Source of the DNA: Takakia lepidozioides
Taxonomy: Eukaryota; Plantae; Bryophyta
DNA: 64,000 nt
Direction of reading: 5' to 3'
Assembly: GCA_030704615.1 (NCBI GenBank)
Contig: CM060732.1
Coordinates: 50,406,001 to 50,470,000 of the forward strand
The position numbers and the translations under genes are program-made. The notes under the pieces were generated by a model. It did no database searches. It saw only the letters and a program-made list of their open reading frames with translations, and was not told the origin of the DNA. Shown piece by piece: positions 13,083 through 23,556 of this stretch; positions within the stretch are counted from its first letter, which is position 1; each line of letters starts with the position of its first letter.

Positions 13083-13286
13083 TTTATTTATTTATTTATT
13101 TAAGGGAAACCTGGGAAAAATGCTTCATGATAACTGAGATAAGCCATTAGGCACACAGGTGGAAACGTCACCACCAGACCAACCGGTCACGAACAATCGA
13201 CACACCAGGCAGGGCAGCGGGTTTGAACCCCCAACCACCAGGGCGACACACTGTGCACTTACCAGCTAAGCTACCAGCTGATGTGC
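13083..13286 (-). mobile_element. tRNA-derived SINE, copy 2
   Basis: Same head (TAGCTTAGCTGG / GGTTCAAACCC), (TAAA)n tail, short GAATT flanking repeat. Confidence 0.8.
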
Positions 13287-13565
13287 GAATTCTGAGAACT
13301 ACCGTTCAATTGGCACAAAAAAGGGTGGGTCATCCCCACGCATACAGTGATTCTTTTGATAATTGGAAATAATTGAAAATATATACCATGCAGAAAACAT
13401 GAGGAACTATGAAAAAGTATAATCATCATAGGCATACCCCTATCTATGCCCAAGAAGTGAGGGGGAGTTGAACCCTTTTTTCTGCCCGGTATGCAGACAC
13501 CTCACCCCCCCCCCCCTCCGTCCGTCCGTCCGTCCGTCCGTCCGTCCCAAGCATCAGACATCACA

Positions 13566-16098
13566 TCAAATAACCACCCCATGTAGCTGGATCAAATCGC
13601 GTACTATGATGATGTCCAAATATGCCAACATTTTTCGTTTGAATTCTTCATCGTCTTTCAGTTTTTGTGCGAGTTCGTTTGGATTTGGGGCATTTTCTAG
13701 CCACAGCAATGTGTGTATGTGAAGTGAACCATTTTTCGCCGTTTCATAACAACCGTAATATGCGTTAATGTTCCCAAGTACTCCCGTATTTGTTGTGGAA
13801 GTTTTGGCGGTCTCTCTGACACGTAGTAGGTATTTAAAAACTACATTCACGATGATGTGTACAAATTTACCTTGAGATCTCGGATTCGTAGTGGCAATTG
13901 CACGTCTTTCATTGTGGTCCGGGAGGTTTTCGTCGAAAAAAATGTCAAGATCGATGTCGTTCCCACTTAGCAGGGACACCAGATGATGATGTACAAATGT
14001 TGGATTTAAAGTGAAGAATAAGCTTGGTGTTCCCAACTGTTGCATCATGCTGAATATTTCGTTTCTCTGTGTTGCGCGGCTACTTCCAGATGCCATAACT
14101 TGTTTACTTGATACTTTCAAGTGACGCAATAACTTTTGAATTTCTGGTTTGTTGTTTATTGTTGTCACGTCCTCTATTATGTCGTTGAAGTCTTCTGAAC
14201 GGATATTGTTGAGGAGTTGTGCTTCACTTTGAAATGATGATCTCGACACTGTCAGTTTTGCGCCCAGGCATATTTGTCTACGTTGCATCAGATTGAACAT
14301 GAAGAATGGAAATAGGTGGTGTTTCGAAAAGTCGTGATGGATATCAGTGAGAGTCATCAAATACTCAACGTGGGCCTCCAAAGTTACTTTGATTGGACGG
14401 TTTTTCATTTCGGTTACGCCGATTCCAAATGGATATAACGTTGGAAACATGCACGCGATTAGTTTTGGATTTGCGTATTCGTTCACCATTTCGGTTTCGT
14501 GCGTGTATGACAAGTACATGTTTTGTTGTAGTTGCAATCCATTTAAGGCGTTGGATATTAGGTCGTCGTGCTTTATGTCTATTCCGTGGAAATCGATGAG
14601 TCCGGAGGTGTCTATGACGAGCTGGATCGTATCGTCGTCTTTGTTGATTGGTGTTTTTTTGTTGTGCAAATCAGTTATGTTGGTACGATGTTCAGCGTTG
14701 GCGAAGTCAATGTCAGTGGATTCAAACACCGATCTCAAGATTGATGGTGGAATATCGTTCTCTGGTAGTCCATCCAATATGTCGTTATCAATTTGAATGT
14801 CCTTGTAACCCGTGTGATTGTTTTTCAGCCACGTTAACCAGGTCGTCACAACAAGTCTACGTACATATAGCAAATTACATGTTTTTATGACATTAATGGG
14901 TGGATGTGAAGTGCCGACGAAGTGGACGGCGACCATATCTGATAATGAATCTAAGGGAGGTGACAATTTGTTCAACAATTCGACTGCACGGCCTGGATTT
15001 TGAGCAAAACTCACCAAATTTCCTCTCAATGCGCATTGTCCCTTTCCGCCCTTATTTACATATCGTAATTTGAACAACATGACACACAACGGTATCTTGC
15101 TATTAATGCTTCTTCAACCATGGTTAACTTTGGCAAAATGTCGTGAACCTTTCCAATCCACAAACCATTAGCGAGTGCAAATTTTGGCATCTTGTTCTTT
15201 TTCAAGGTGGAACTACAGTTTTTGCAAATGAAGATTGTACGTGCAGTATTTGATACTCCTCGTTTGTCCAATAACAACCCATTTAATTCGTCCAGTTGAT
15301 GTTTTGTGTCATTGATCAATTCTTGGGGAACGTCTTCTAAGAGAGCATGTTCTTCGCTGCAAACACAACAATACTGATTGGTGAAAGTCGCATAGCTGAT
15401 GTATTCGTTGAAGTTAGATAAACAAAATAAGTTGTTTTCCAAGCATATTTCTGGTAGGAACGGATTATGCTTTGGCTTTTTTATAAGAATGCAATACATT
15501 TGTTCTCGTTTTCTTTTGAGTTTTTCTTTCTCGTCATTTTCGATTGCGATATATTTTTGAATTTTTGTAGCACATGTTTGATCTTTGATCAATGGTTCTT
15601 GTTTTTTCTGGAATTTGTATTTTCCCCTTCGTTTAGCATTTGTTTCATCTGGATCTATTTCCGTGGTTTGTGTTGGGTTTTTGGATCTGTATTTGTCCCT
15701 TCGTTTAGCATTTGTTTCGTCCGGGTCGGGGGGGGGATGGGATTCTATTCCCGTGGTTTGTGGTGGATGTTCAGATCTGTATTTGTCCCTTCGTTTAGCA
15801 TTTGTTTCGTCCGGGTCAGGAGGCGGATGGGATTCTATTCCCGTGGTTTGTGGTGGATGCTCAGATATGTATTAGTCCCTTCGTTTAGCATTTGTTTCGT
15901 CCGGATCGGGAGGCGGATGGAATTCTATTCCCGTGGTTTGTGGTGGATGTTCACATCTGTAGTTGTCCCTTCGCTAACATTTATTTCTTTTGGATGGGGA
16001 GTCGGTTGTTTATATCTTTTCCGTCGTTCATCATTTAGTTTCTCTTTATTTAAAGCATACTTTCTTCGTCTCTTATCATTAGCAGTTTCTTTTGCCAT
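13566..16098 (-). pseudogene. Helitron-like Rep protein (DUF6570-type N-terminus plus HUH Rep), frameshifted and truncated before the catalytic Tyr motif and helicase
   Basis: CKNC...KMPKFALANGLWIG..LPKLTMVEEALIAR, FPTLYPFG, F.FFMFNLMQRRQ, motif 1 LGTPSLFFTLNP, motif 2 E..KNGSLHIHTLLW. ORFs 15056-15592 and 13566-15089 overlap in different frames. ATG at 16098. Confidence 0.85.
15625..15990 (-). repeat. ~90-bp coding tandem repeat in the Rep N-terminus
   Basis: About 4 units encoding DETNAKRRDKYRSEHPPQTTGIESHPPPDP, in frame with ORF 15056-15592. Confidence 0.8.
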
Positions 16099-16299
16099 GT
16101 TAAGTTGAAGTTATAGACATCTAGAGATATGTTTACAAATAAATAATTGTATTCGCATAAGACTTTGGTCTTTTGATAAAATAGATAATTGTTGTATAGG
16201 TCTAGATGTTTTTTTCATAAAAATAATTATCTTTGATGGAAATCATTTGTCTTAAATTGATAGAAATCATTTGTCTGGAAAGATGAAAAAGAAATAGAT

Positions 16300-18352
16300 A
16301 AAGAAAATAAAGGTTTCAAACCCGTCCTACTCTCCATCTTCGGAGAGAGTTTGAGTCCCTAGATAAAAGATGTTTCAACACTGTCATTCTCCCCCATTGG
16401 ATGGGTTCGAATCCCCTAGCGATGCTGAAAAATATGGTTGGTGCAAGGTTGATTGTTATATTCTTTGAGCCTGTGAGGATAAAAATTCAGGGGGAGAATA
16501 GAGCTTAAGTCTCCGGGAAAAAAGAGGAAAAATGAAAAGAAAAAGATAATAAAATTTTGAAACCCGTCTTGCTCTCCCTCTTCGGAGAGAGTTCGAGCCC
16601 CCAGATAAAAATTGTTTCAAAACCGCCATTCTCCCCCACCGGACTGGGCTCGAATCCCCTAGTGATGCTGCAAGATATGGGAGAGATGGAAACTAAAAAG
16701 GAAAAGATAATAAATTTTCCAAACCCGTCCCGCTCTCCCTCTTCAGAGAGAGTTCGAGCCCCCAGATATTCAAAACCGCCATCCCCCCCCCCCCACCGGA
16801 CTGGGCTCGAATCCCCTAGTGATGCTGCAAGATTTGGGAGAGAGGGAAAATAAAGAAGAAAAGATAATAAAGGTTTCCGTCTGCCTCTCTCTCTTTGGAG
16901 AGAGTTCGAGTGCCCAGATAAAAATTGTTTCAAATCCACCATTCTCCCCCACCGGACTGGGCTCGAATCCCCTAGTGATGCTGCAAGATATGGGAGAGAT
17001 AGAAACTAAAAAGGAAAAGATAATAAATTTTTCAAACCCGTCCCGCTCTCCCTCTTCGGAGAGAGTTCGAGCCCCCAAATAAAAATTGTTTCAAAACCGC
17101 CATTCTCCCCCACCGGACTGGGCTCGAATCCCCTAGTGATGCTGCAAGATTTGGGAGAGAAAGCAAATAAAGAGGAAAAGATCATAAAGGTTTCAAACCC
17201 GTCCGCCTCTCTCTCTTCGGAGAGAGTTCGAGTGCCCAGATAAAAATTGTTTCAAAACCGCCATTCTCCCCCACCGGACTGGGCTCGAATCCCCTAGTGA
17301 TGCTACAAGATATGGTCGGTGGAAGGTGGATTGTTCTACATTCTCCTCCACCGGACTGGGCTCGAATCCCCTAGTGATGCTGCAAGGTATGGTCTGTGCA
17401 AGATGGATTGTTCTATTAATCTAACAAGCCTTGGAAGGGCCTTGAGCCTGCGTTGGTATATCGGTGGGCAAAGATTGGATACTTTCTCACCTCAGAGGAC
17501 CGCACTTTGGTTTTTTCTAAAGACGACTTCGGATCGGACCCGACCAAACAAACAATACTTCTACTTATAGAAGGGAGTTTGGGTCTCTTTGGCTTTTTTT
17601 TAAAAGGACTTCGGATCGGACCCGACCAGACAAACACTACTTCTACTTATAGAAGGGAGTTTGGGTGTCTGGGAGAAGAGAGGAAAACTAAAAAAGAAAA
17701 GATAATAAATTTTTCAAACCCGTCCCGCTCTCCCTCTTCGGAGAGAGTTCAAGCCCCCAGATAAAAATTGTTTCAAAACCGCCATTCTCCCCCACCGGAC
17801 TGGGCTCGAATCCCCTAGTGATGCTGCAAGATATGGGAGGGAGGAAAAATAAATAGGAAAAGATAATAAAGGTTTCAAACCCGTCCGCCTCTCTCTCTTC
17901 GGATAGAGTTCGAGTGCCCAGATAAAAATTGTTTCAAAACCGCCATTCTCCCCCACCGGACTGGGCTCGAATCCCCTAGTGATGCTGCAAGATATGGTCG
18001 ATGCAAGGTGGATTGTTCTACATTCTCCCTCACCGGACTGGGCTCGAATCCCCTAGTGATGCTGCAAGGTATGGTCTGTGGAAGGTGGATTGTTCTATTA
18101 ATCTAACAAGCCTCACCAGGCAAACACTAATTTTACTTATAGAAGAGAGTTTGGATCTCCGCACTTTGGCTTCTTCCAAAAAGGACTTTGGATCAGACCC
18201 AGCCAGGTTAACACTACTTCTACTTATAGAAGGGAGTTTGGGTCTCCGGGAGGAGAGAGGAAAAATAAAAAGGAAAAGATAATAAAGGTTTCAAACCCGT
18301 CCCGCTCTCCGTCTTCGGAGAGAGTTCGAGGCCCCAAATGAAAATTGTTTCA
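16300..18352. repeat. Satellite-like tandem array, ~150-160-bp unit, with interspersed variant blocks
   Basis: Repeated AAAAGATAATAAA...CTCTCCCTCTTCGGAGAGAGTTCGAG.CCCAGATAAAAATTGTTTCAAAACCGCCATTCTCCCCCACCGGACTGGGCTCGAATCCCCTAGTGATGCTGCAAGAT, about 9 full and partial units. Confidence 0.92.
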
Positions 18353-18753
18353 ATTGTTGGAGCCTGAATCATCAACCCACCCCGCAACTATTAGTTTACA
18401 CACATAAAATGTCTAAGGAAGGCTAGTTTTTTTTTTAAATGATGCAAATTTTGAGATTATCATTTGAGGAGCGGCTGCCAAGGAGCAAGCAATGTATCAT
18501 AAGTCAAACAGTAAAGATATTTTAGCGGAGGAGTCGAACCATTCGGAACGAGCTGTGAATCGCTTGTTGAAAAACTTCTATTGTAATTTTTATTAACATA
18601 CAGTTATTTCTTGTCTATATATCATGGAACATTGGAACATTGGAACATATAAACAGTGAGAGAGTACACAGTACATGCACGATCAAAATTCACTTTTGTC
18701 TTTGAAACTGTACTATGCCACGGCCGCAAAATTAGTATGTATGCAAGTATGGT

Positions 18754-19068
18754 CTATTCCATCCTGTAGACGTCTCGGGGCTCTACCCAACTGAATGGTT
18801 TATTCATGAAGCGGAACACTACTTGGGCTAATGTGAGCCTCTCGGACGGGACCGTGCTATTATATAACCCTCGTAGGGCGGAATCCCAACATAGGCCCAA
18901 GTATTGATCCTTGAAAAGACTGGCATCATATGAATTGCCACCATTTATTCTTACCGCTATCTTCCCAATTGCAAAGGCCTCCGAGGTCATGTCCCGGGTG
19001 TGCATGTGTGGTGTGTCATCCACCTGGTTGTTTTCCTTGTTAAAAGCCATGACAATTGCAGGTCGATT
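18754..19068 (-). pseudogene. Protein kinase C-lobe fragment (subdomains VIII-XI), opposite strand to its N-terminal part
   Basis: (D)PAIVMAF...TSEAFAIGKIA (subdomain IX-like) and PSERLTLAQVV (subdomain XI-like). Confidence 0.6.
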
Positions 19069-19257
19069 TTTAATTGGGTCGGTCCCACACCTATTCCAGC
19101 CCCTATTCATCATTCCATCATTATAGCATCATTTCTTCACCATTTTATCGTTTTAGGATCTCATGTGACCCGTTTTTGCAGAAAATACGAAGATTGCAGC
19201 CACGCACATCCATTATCTATTTTCCCCCCCATCCCCTGCAGTGGGCAAAGGTTTATA

Positions 19258-20430
19258 ATGTCAGGGACTGCAAACTCAAATTCTGGGCCGGGGTCGTCGT
19301 CTGGGGGTCGGAGGAAGAGAAAACATGCCTACGAGCGAGATAGTCAGGTCAACAAGCAACACTATCCAGGATCAGAGGCTTTAGACATGGTTAAAAATTT
19401 AATATTTGATTATTTCAAAGAAAAAGACATGATGAGGCTGCAAAGTGCTTATGTCCGGCATGGACACGAGGGGTTTTGTATTTTTCAGCAAAATATGGAG
19501 AAAATAATGAGGGAGGCTTTGGCTGGAGATCAGTGGACAGATGATAGAAACAAGCCGAAATTTTTGCAGTGGCTCGAGAGTAGGGCAAAAGACACCACAT
19601 GGAATCTGAGGTAGGTAATGAGCACATGGAAGGATAGAATAACCAAAGGTCGAGTGCCTAGCTGGGAAACCAAGTTATTCCAACTTGTCGAGTGGTGGGC
19701 GCATTTGGCAAGCGCCAATGCGCATCACCGGACTAGGTTACTCCCTTGGAAGGCGGCGTCATCGAGCGGGGGAGGCACAATAAGTCTTATTTACGTCAAC
19801 ACAAGTGCTCAGGTCCAACAACTTGGCCCCTACAAAGAAAGAGGATATGCCAAGGTTCGTAAGTGTAGGATTGTTGGCGATTCATGAATACCGTGTAGTT
19901 GGGAGCTAATAGGGAAAACACCCAAGGCGAAAAACCCGGAAGTTGCGGTAAGGCAACATAACGACGAGTCTTTGGTAGTTAAATTCCAACATGCGGGAGT
20001 CATTACATACTTTGCTGTGAATGCACGTAAGCTAGAGGGTTACACTCGCTGGTGGAATGGAGGAACAATACACGACATGTTGAACATTGACAAAAAATGG
20101 GGAAGTGATTGGAACAATAGGAAGATTCAAAGACAGCCGGGAACGGAAGAACATTACCAGGAAATCGATCGCTTGATTCGTTTCCGGATAGAGCGCAGCA
20201 AACTTGCATGGGCACTAGTGAGCATTATGGATGATGTCCATAAGAACCATGTCATGCACAACAACTTGTCCCCCGACATCATCTTGTTGCATTTTCCACA
20301 TGACACCGAGAAGGTTAAGATTGGAGTGTGTGATTGGGGGTTGGCCACCTCAATGGAGATACGCAAAACCTCGTCGTACCAGTTTGAAAACAAAGACAAA
20401 ATGACGCGGGCTCTCAAACATAGATGGTTC
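19258..20430 (+). pseudogene. Protein kinase-like pseudogene (N-terminal region through subdomain VII)
   Basis: ORFs 19000-19614, 19618-19887 and 19972-20586 share one frame, separated by single stops. Motifs GYAKVRKC, WWNGGTI, VMHNNLSPDIILLH (HxD loop degraded), IGVCDWGLA. Similarity ends at KHRWF (20430). Confidence 0.75.
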
Positions 20431-21519
20431 TCCATTTCCAAACAAACACCTTTACACACGTTGGCAGTGCCACGCAACGAAGTCCGAAGACTACAGGAAG
20501 CCAAGGAACTGCACTCACGGAGGAGCAAAAGTGATCTTAAAGCGGAGGGAGATGTTTGTCCATGTTTGTGCATGCGATTTTCTTAACTCTATTACAACAC
20601 ATGTGACCCTCAAGGCGCGTGTCACCCGTTGGAACATTGCAGATTTAGCCCGCGGTTGCCCATTTTCTTGTTGTGGATGGGTGACGGCCAGCTAAACCTG
20701 ATGGTCCCAGTTTGCTATTAACTGCTATATCGAAACTTCATTAAGATATAATATTTTTCGTCCTTTTTTTATCTCTTTAGATCAACCAATCACTTCGAAG
20801 AACTGGGACAAAAACTCAAGGATCATCAAATATATTACTGAAATCAGATAATTGTGATGTGAGCTAAGCATACATAAAAAGGAGAAAAATACCCGGATTT
20901 TTAAAAAAAATCTTTCAGGGTTTTTTTCTAAAAGCAAATTGAGAGGCTTACCTTTACCTATCATTCACTTACGTCCCTTCCCACCCCGTTATGTTTCGAA
21001 ATAATATTGTAGGCGAAAGTAAGAACTAGAAGTGGATTATTTCTTTTGTTCCTCGTTGAAGAAAAATCACATTGTTACCATACAGGGTTATCTTCTTGGA
21101 ATCACAACGTCGTTGCACCTTGTGATTGCATTGCCTCAATTATTGACTCATCTGAGAGGCAGTAATAAAAAATATGTATATATATTTTCATGTCCTTTAA
21201 TAGATCTTATAATAGGGATGCAATAATTTTGTTTCATGATTGTTAGAAGCAAAAAACCCATCTGAATTTTTATTTCCTTTTTCTAAATCCTACTTCTTCT
21301 TATTCTTGTTATTCCAATGTATTTTTCTATATGCTAAACCTAAAGCTTTATCCATGGGTGATGCAAAACGATAATGAAATAGAACCATAATGTATGATGA
21401 GAAACCTGTAAATACTGATTCGAGGAATTTCCAAGTTAAAAGGGGGGAAATACTTTCGACAAGAAAAAGGCTCATTTCTTTGGATTTATCCTAGAAATTA
21501 TAAACAAGATTGTTCGATG

Positions 21520-21759
21520 AGCATGTTCGCACGGGAGATTGTGCTCGGTAACTATACAACAGTAGCTTATGAGAAAACGGGAGCGAACCATTCAGGGTAC
21601 AGCACCCGAGACAAAGAAGCAATCATAGTAGGGAGATATGGATACGGCTGAATGTGGTGTGGAAGGCCAGCTTGCTTGGTGTCTGCAGAATTCGTCAATG
21701 TGGAGGTGACAGAACGTGTGGCAAAATGAATTCTCAAGTGGGATCGAGAGGAGGCAGCT
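21520..21759 (+). pseudogene. PLS-PPR E-domain fragment, 5' of the LTR-element insertion
   Basis: VWKASLLGVCRI..NVEV.ERVAK..LKWD, which continues after the TSD at 35282. Confidence 0.65.
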
Positions 21760-22947
21760 TGTTAGAGGACGGTAGGGGACTTAGACACTTATACGGGATC
21801 TGTAGGGTACCCTTAATTTTTGCACAGACTGAGACAAACAGGAACCTTAGGGGTGACAGCAGCGCACTGTAGAGGGGGGTTACATAGCCCACACAGCCGA
21901 CACAGCAGTCACAGCCCACACAGCCGTCACAGCCCACACAGCCAACACAGCCCGTCACAGTCGTCACAGCCCACACAGCCGTCACAGCCCACACAGCTAA
22001 CACAGCCCGTCACAGTCGTCACAGCCCACACAGCCGTCACAGTCGTCACAGCCCACACAGCCCACACAGCCGTCACAGTCGTCACAGCCCACACAGCCCA
22101 CACAGCCCGTCACAGTCGTCACAACAGACACAGCCCACACAGCCAGTCACAGCCCACACAGCCGTCACAGTCGTCACAGCCCACACAGCCCACACAGCCC
22201 GTCACAGTCGTCACAGCAGACACAGCCCACACAGCCAGTCACAGCCCGGCACAGCCACACAGCCAGTCACAGCCCGACACAGCCAAACACAGCCAGTCAC
22301 CGCTTGACACAGCTGTCACGATAATAGGGAACGAAGAGTAGGACAGGGAACGACTGTGGGGAACAACACCAGTGAAGGGAACATGTTAGTTCACATACGA
22401 CGGTTAGAGAGGGAAACGGTTAGAACCGCGGATAGGAGGATAAAGGGAAGAACGGGGAATGATGAGAGGATGATTATGATTATCATTATGGGAAGGAGGA
22501 TTTCGGAGTGAGACGGGAGCGGAAGTCGGTGAGCACGATGAAGGAGGAAAGAGGATTAGTAGATGCTTGTTATATGCAAAGCTGTAGGGATATTGTAGAG
22601 GAGAATACAGACACAATGGCTTCGGCCTGATACCTGATAAATCATAATCTAATACTTATACGATACAATCACACTGTGTAGAGAGATCTGAGTGAAGCTG
22701 TGGATTGAATGGAGGAGTGAAGGAAACCGATAAATTGATGAAGCAAACTGATACTTAATTATCAATGGTAAGGTAGCTAAGATGAATGCCGAAAAGGAAA
22801 CAAATAGGAAACACCCCCATGATACACTAGCTGTAGGTCATGACTGATTGTTCTGCGCGGGCTGAGTACTTAGAGATTTCCAACTCTTCTATCTTGGAGT
22901 TTCCGCCTCGGATAGCGAAGGGATGGGTGAGTAAAAGCCGCGCGACA
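21760..22947 (+). repeat. 5' LTR (1188 bp) containing a CACAGC-based minisatellite
   Basis: TGTTAGAGGACGG...GCCGCGCGACA; near-identical to 34126-35276. Confidence 0.97.
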
Positions 22948-23535
22948 TTTGGCGACCATACTGGGGAACTGGGACATGAACAACCAGATGTGACAGGCAT
23001 CTGGTGGGATCATGGTGGTTGGACCATTAGAGAATTTGAAGTGAATCAAATTCCCTGTGGAACAAAGGAAGAAAGATTGTCCAAACAATTCTTTCAAAGG
23101 TTCTTGGAATTGCCAGACGGATGTAAAGAAAATATTCTTAAACGAGTGCATGATGCTGATCCAGAATGGGGTCTGGAGAAAGGAGTGATAAAGATTTATC
23201 AGGTAGCCTGTAGAGGAAGAGCACGTTGGTTACCAACATTAGTTTATGTGATAGCGTTGCTATCCATTAAACGAGTAGAGTTTGAAGGCTGGGAAGAAAG
23301 AAAGGTGAATGTTTATACTCATATGCATGAAGAGCTTGTACTGGTAAAGAATTGGATTCCAAAGGATATTTTGTGGATCAAACTCACACCAAGAACAGCT
23401 TTTCAGACTTGTTTGCCATATGGTTATATGGTAACGGAGACTTCAAGTATAGCCAAGGGTGCATTGAAGCTTGACAGAAATCCAGGCATATACGAGAGAT
23501 ATTACAGAAGAGAGTTTTGGTTATTGCCACATTAA
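22840..23535 (+). CDS. Extra 5' ORF of the retrotransposon, unknown function
   Basis: 231-aa open frame starting in the LTR and ending 21 bp before the gag ATG. Confidence 0.5.
   Translation: MTDCSARAEYLEISNSSILEFPPRIAKGWVSKSRATFGDHTGELGHEQPDVTGIWWDHGGWTIREFEVNQIPCGTKEERLSKQFFQRFLELPDGCKENILKRVHDADPEWGLEKGVIKIYQVACRGRARWLPTLVYVIALLSIKRVEFEGWEERKVNVYTHMHEELVLVKNWIPKDILWIKLTPRTAFQTCLPYGYMVTETSSIAKGALKLDRNPGIYERYYRREFWLLPH
22950..22967 (+). promoter_or_regulatory. Primer-binding site TGGCGACCATACTGGGGA
   Basis: Starts 2 nt after the LTR with TGG. Resembles the tRNA-Arg-type PBS (TGGCGAC...CTGGGGA) of Ogre/Tat elements. Confidence 0.8.
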
Positions 23536-23556
23536 AAGAAATGAAAGACATGGGAC

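Larger units (their letters stand above)
12815..18350 (-). mobile_element. Helitron-like element, internally deleted; 5' boundary uncertain
   Basis: Candidate 3' end GCGGAGCAACGCGAAGCC-CTAG|T at 12815. Duplicated subterminal blocks (12855-13040 and 13290-13467). Rep ORF and tandem array follow. Confidence 0.55.

Noticed and set aside
15467-16108. Hydrophobic 213-aa + strand ORF
   Set aside because: Antisense shadow of the repeat-containing Helitron Rep N-terminus.
21820-22341. ORFs in the LTR minisatellite (also 34186-34653 and 50345-50733)
   Set aside because: Low-complexity translations of a stop-free repeat.
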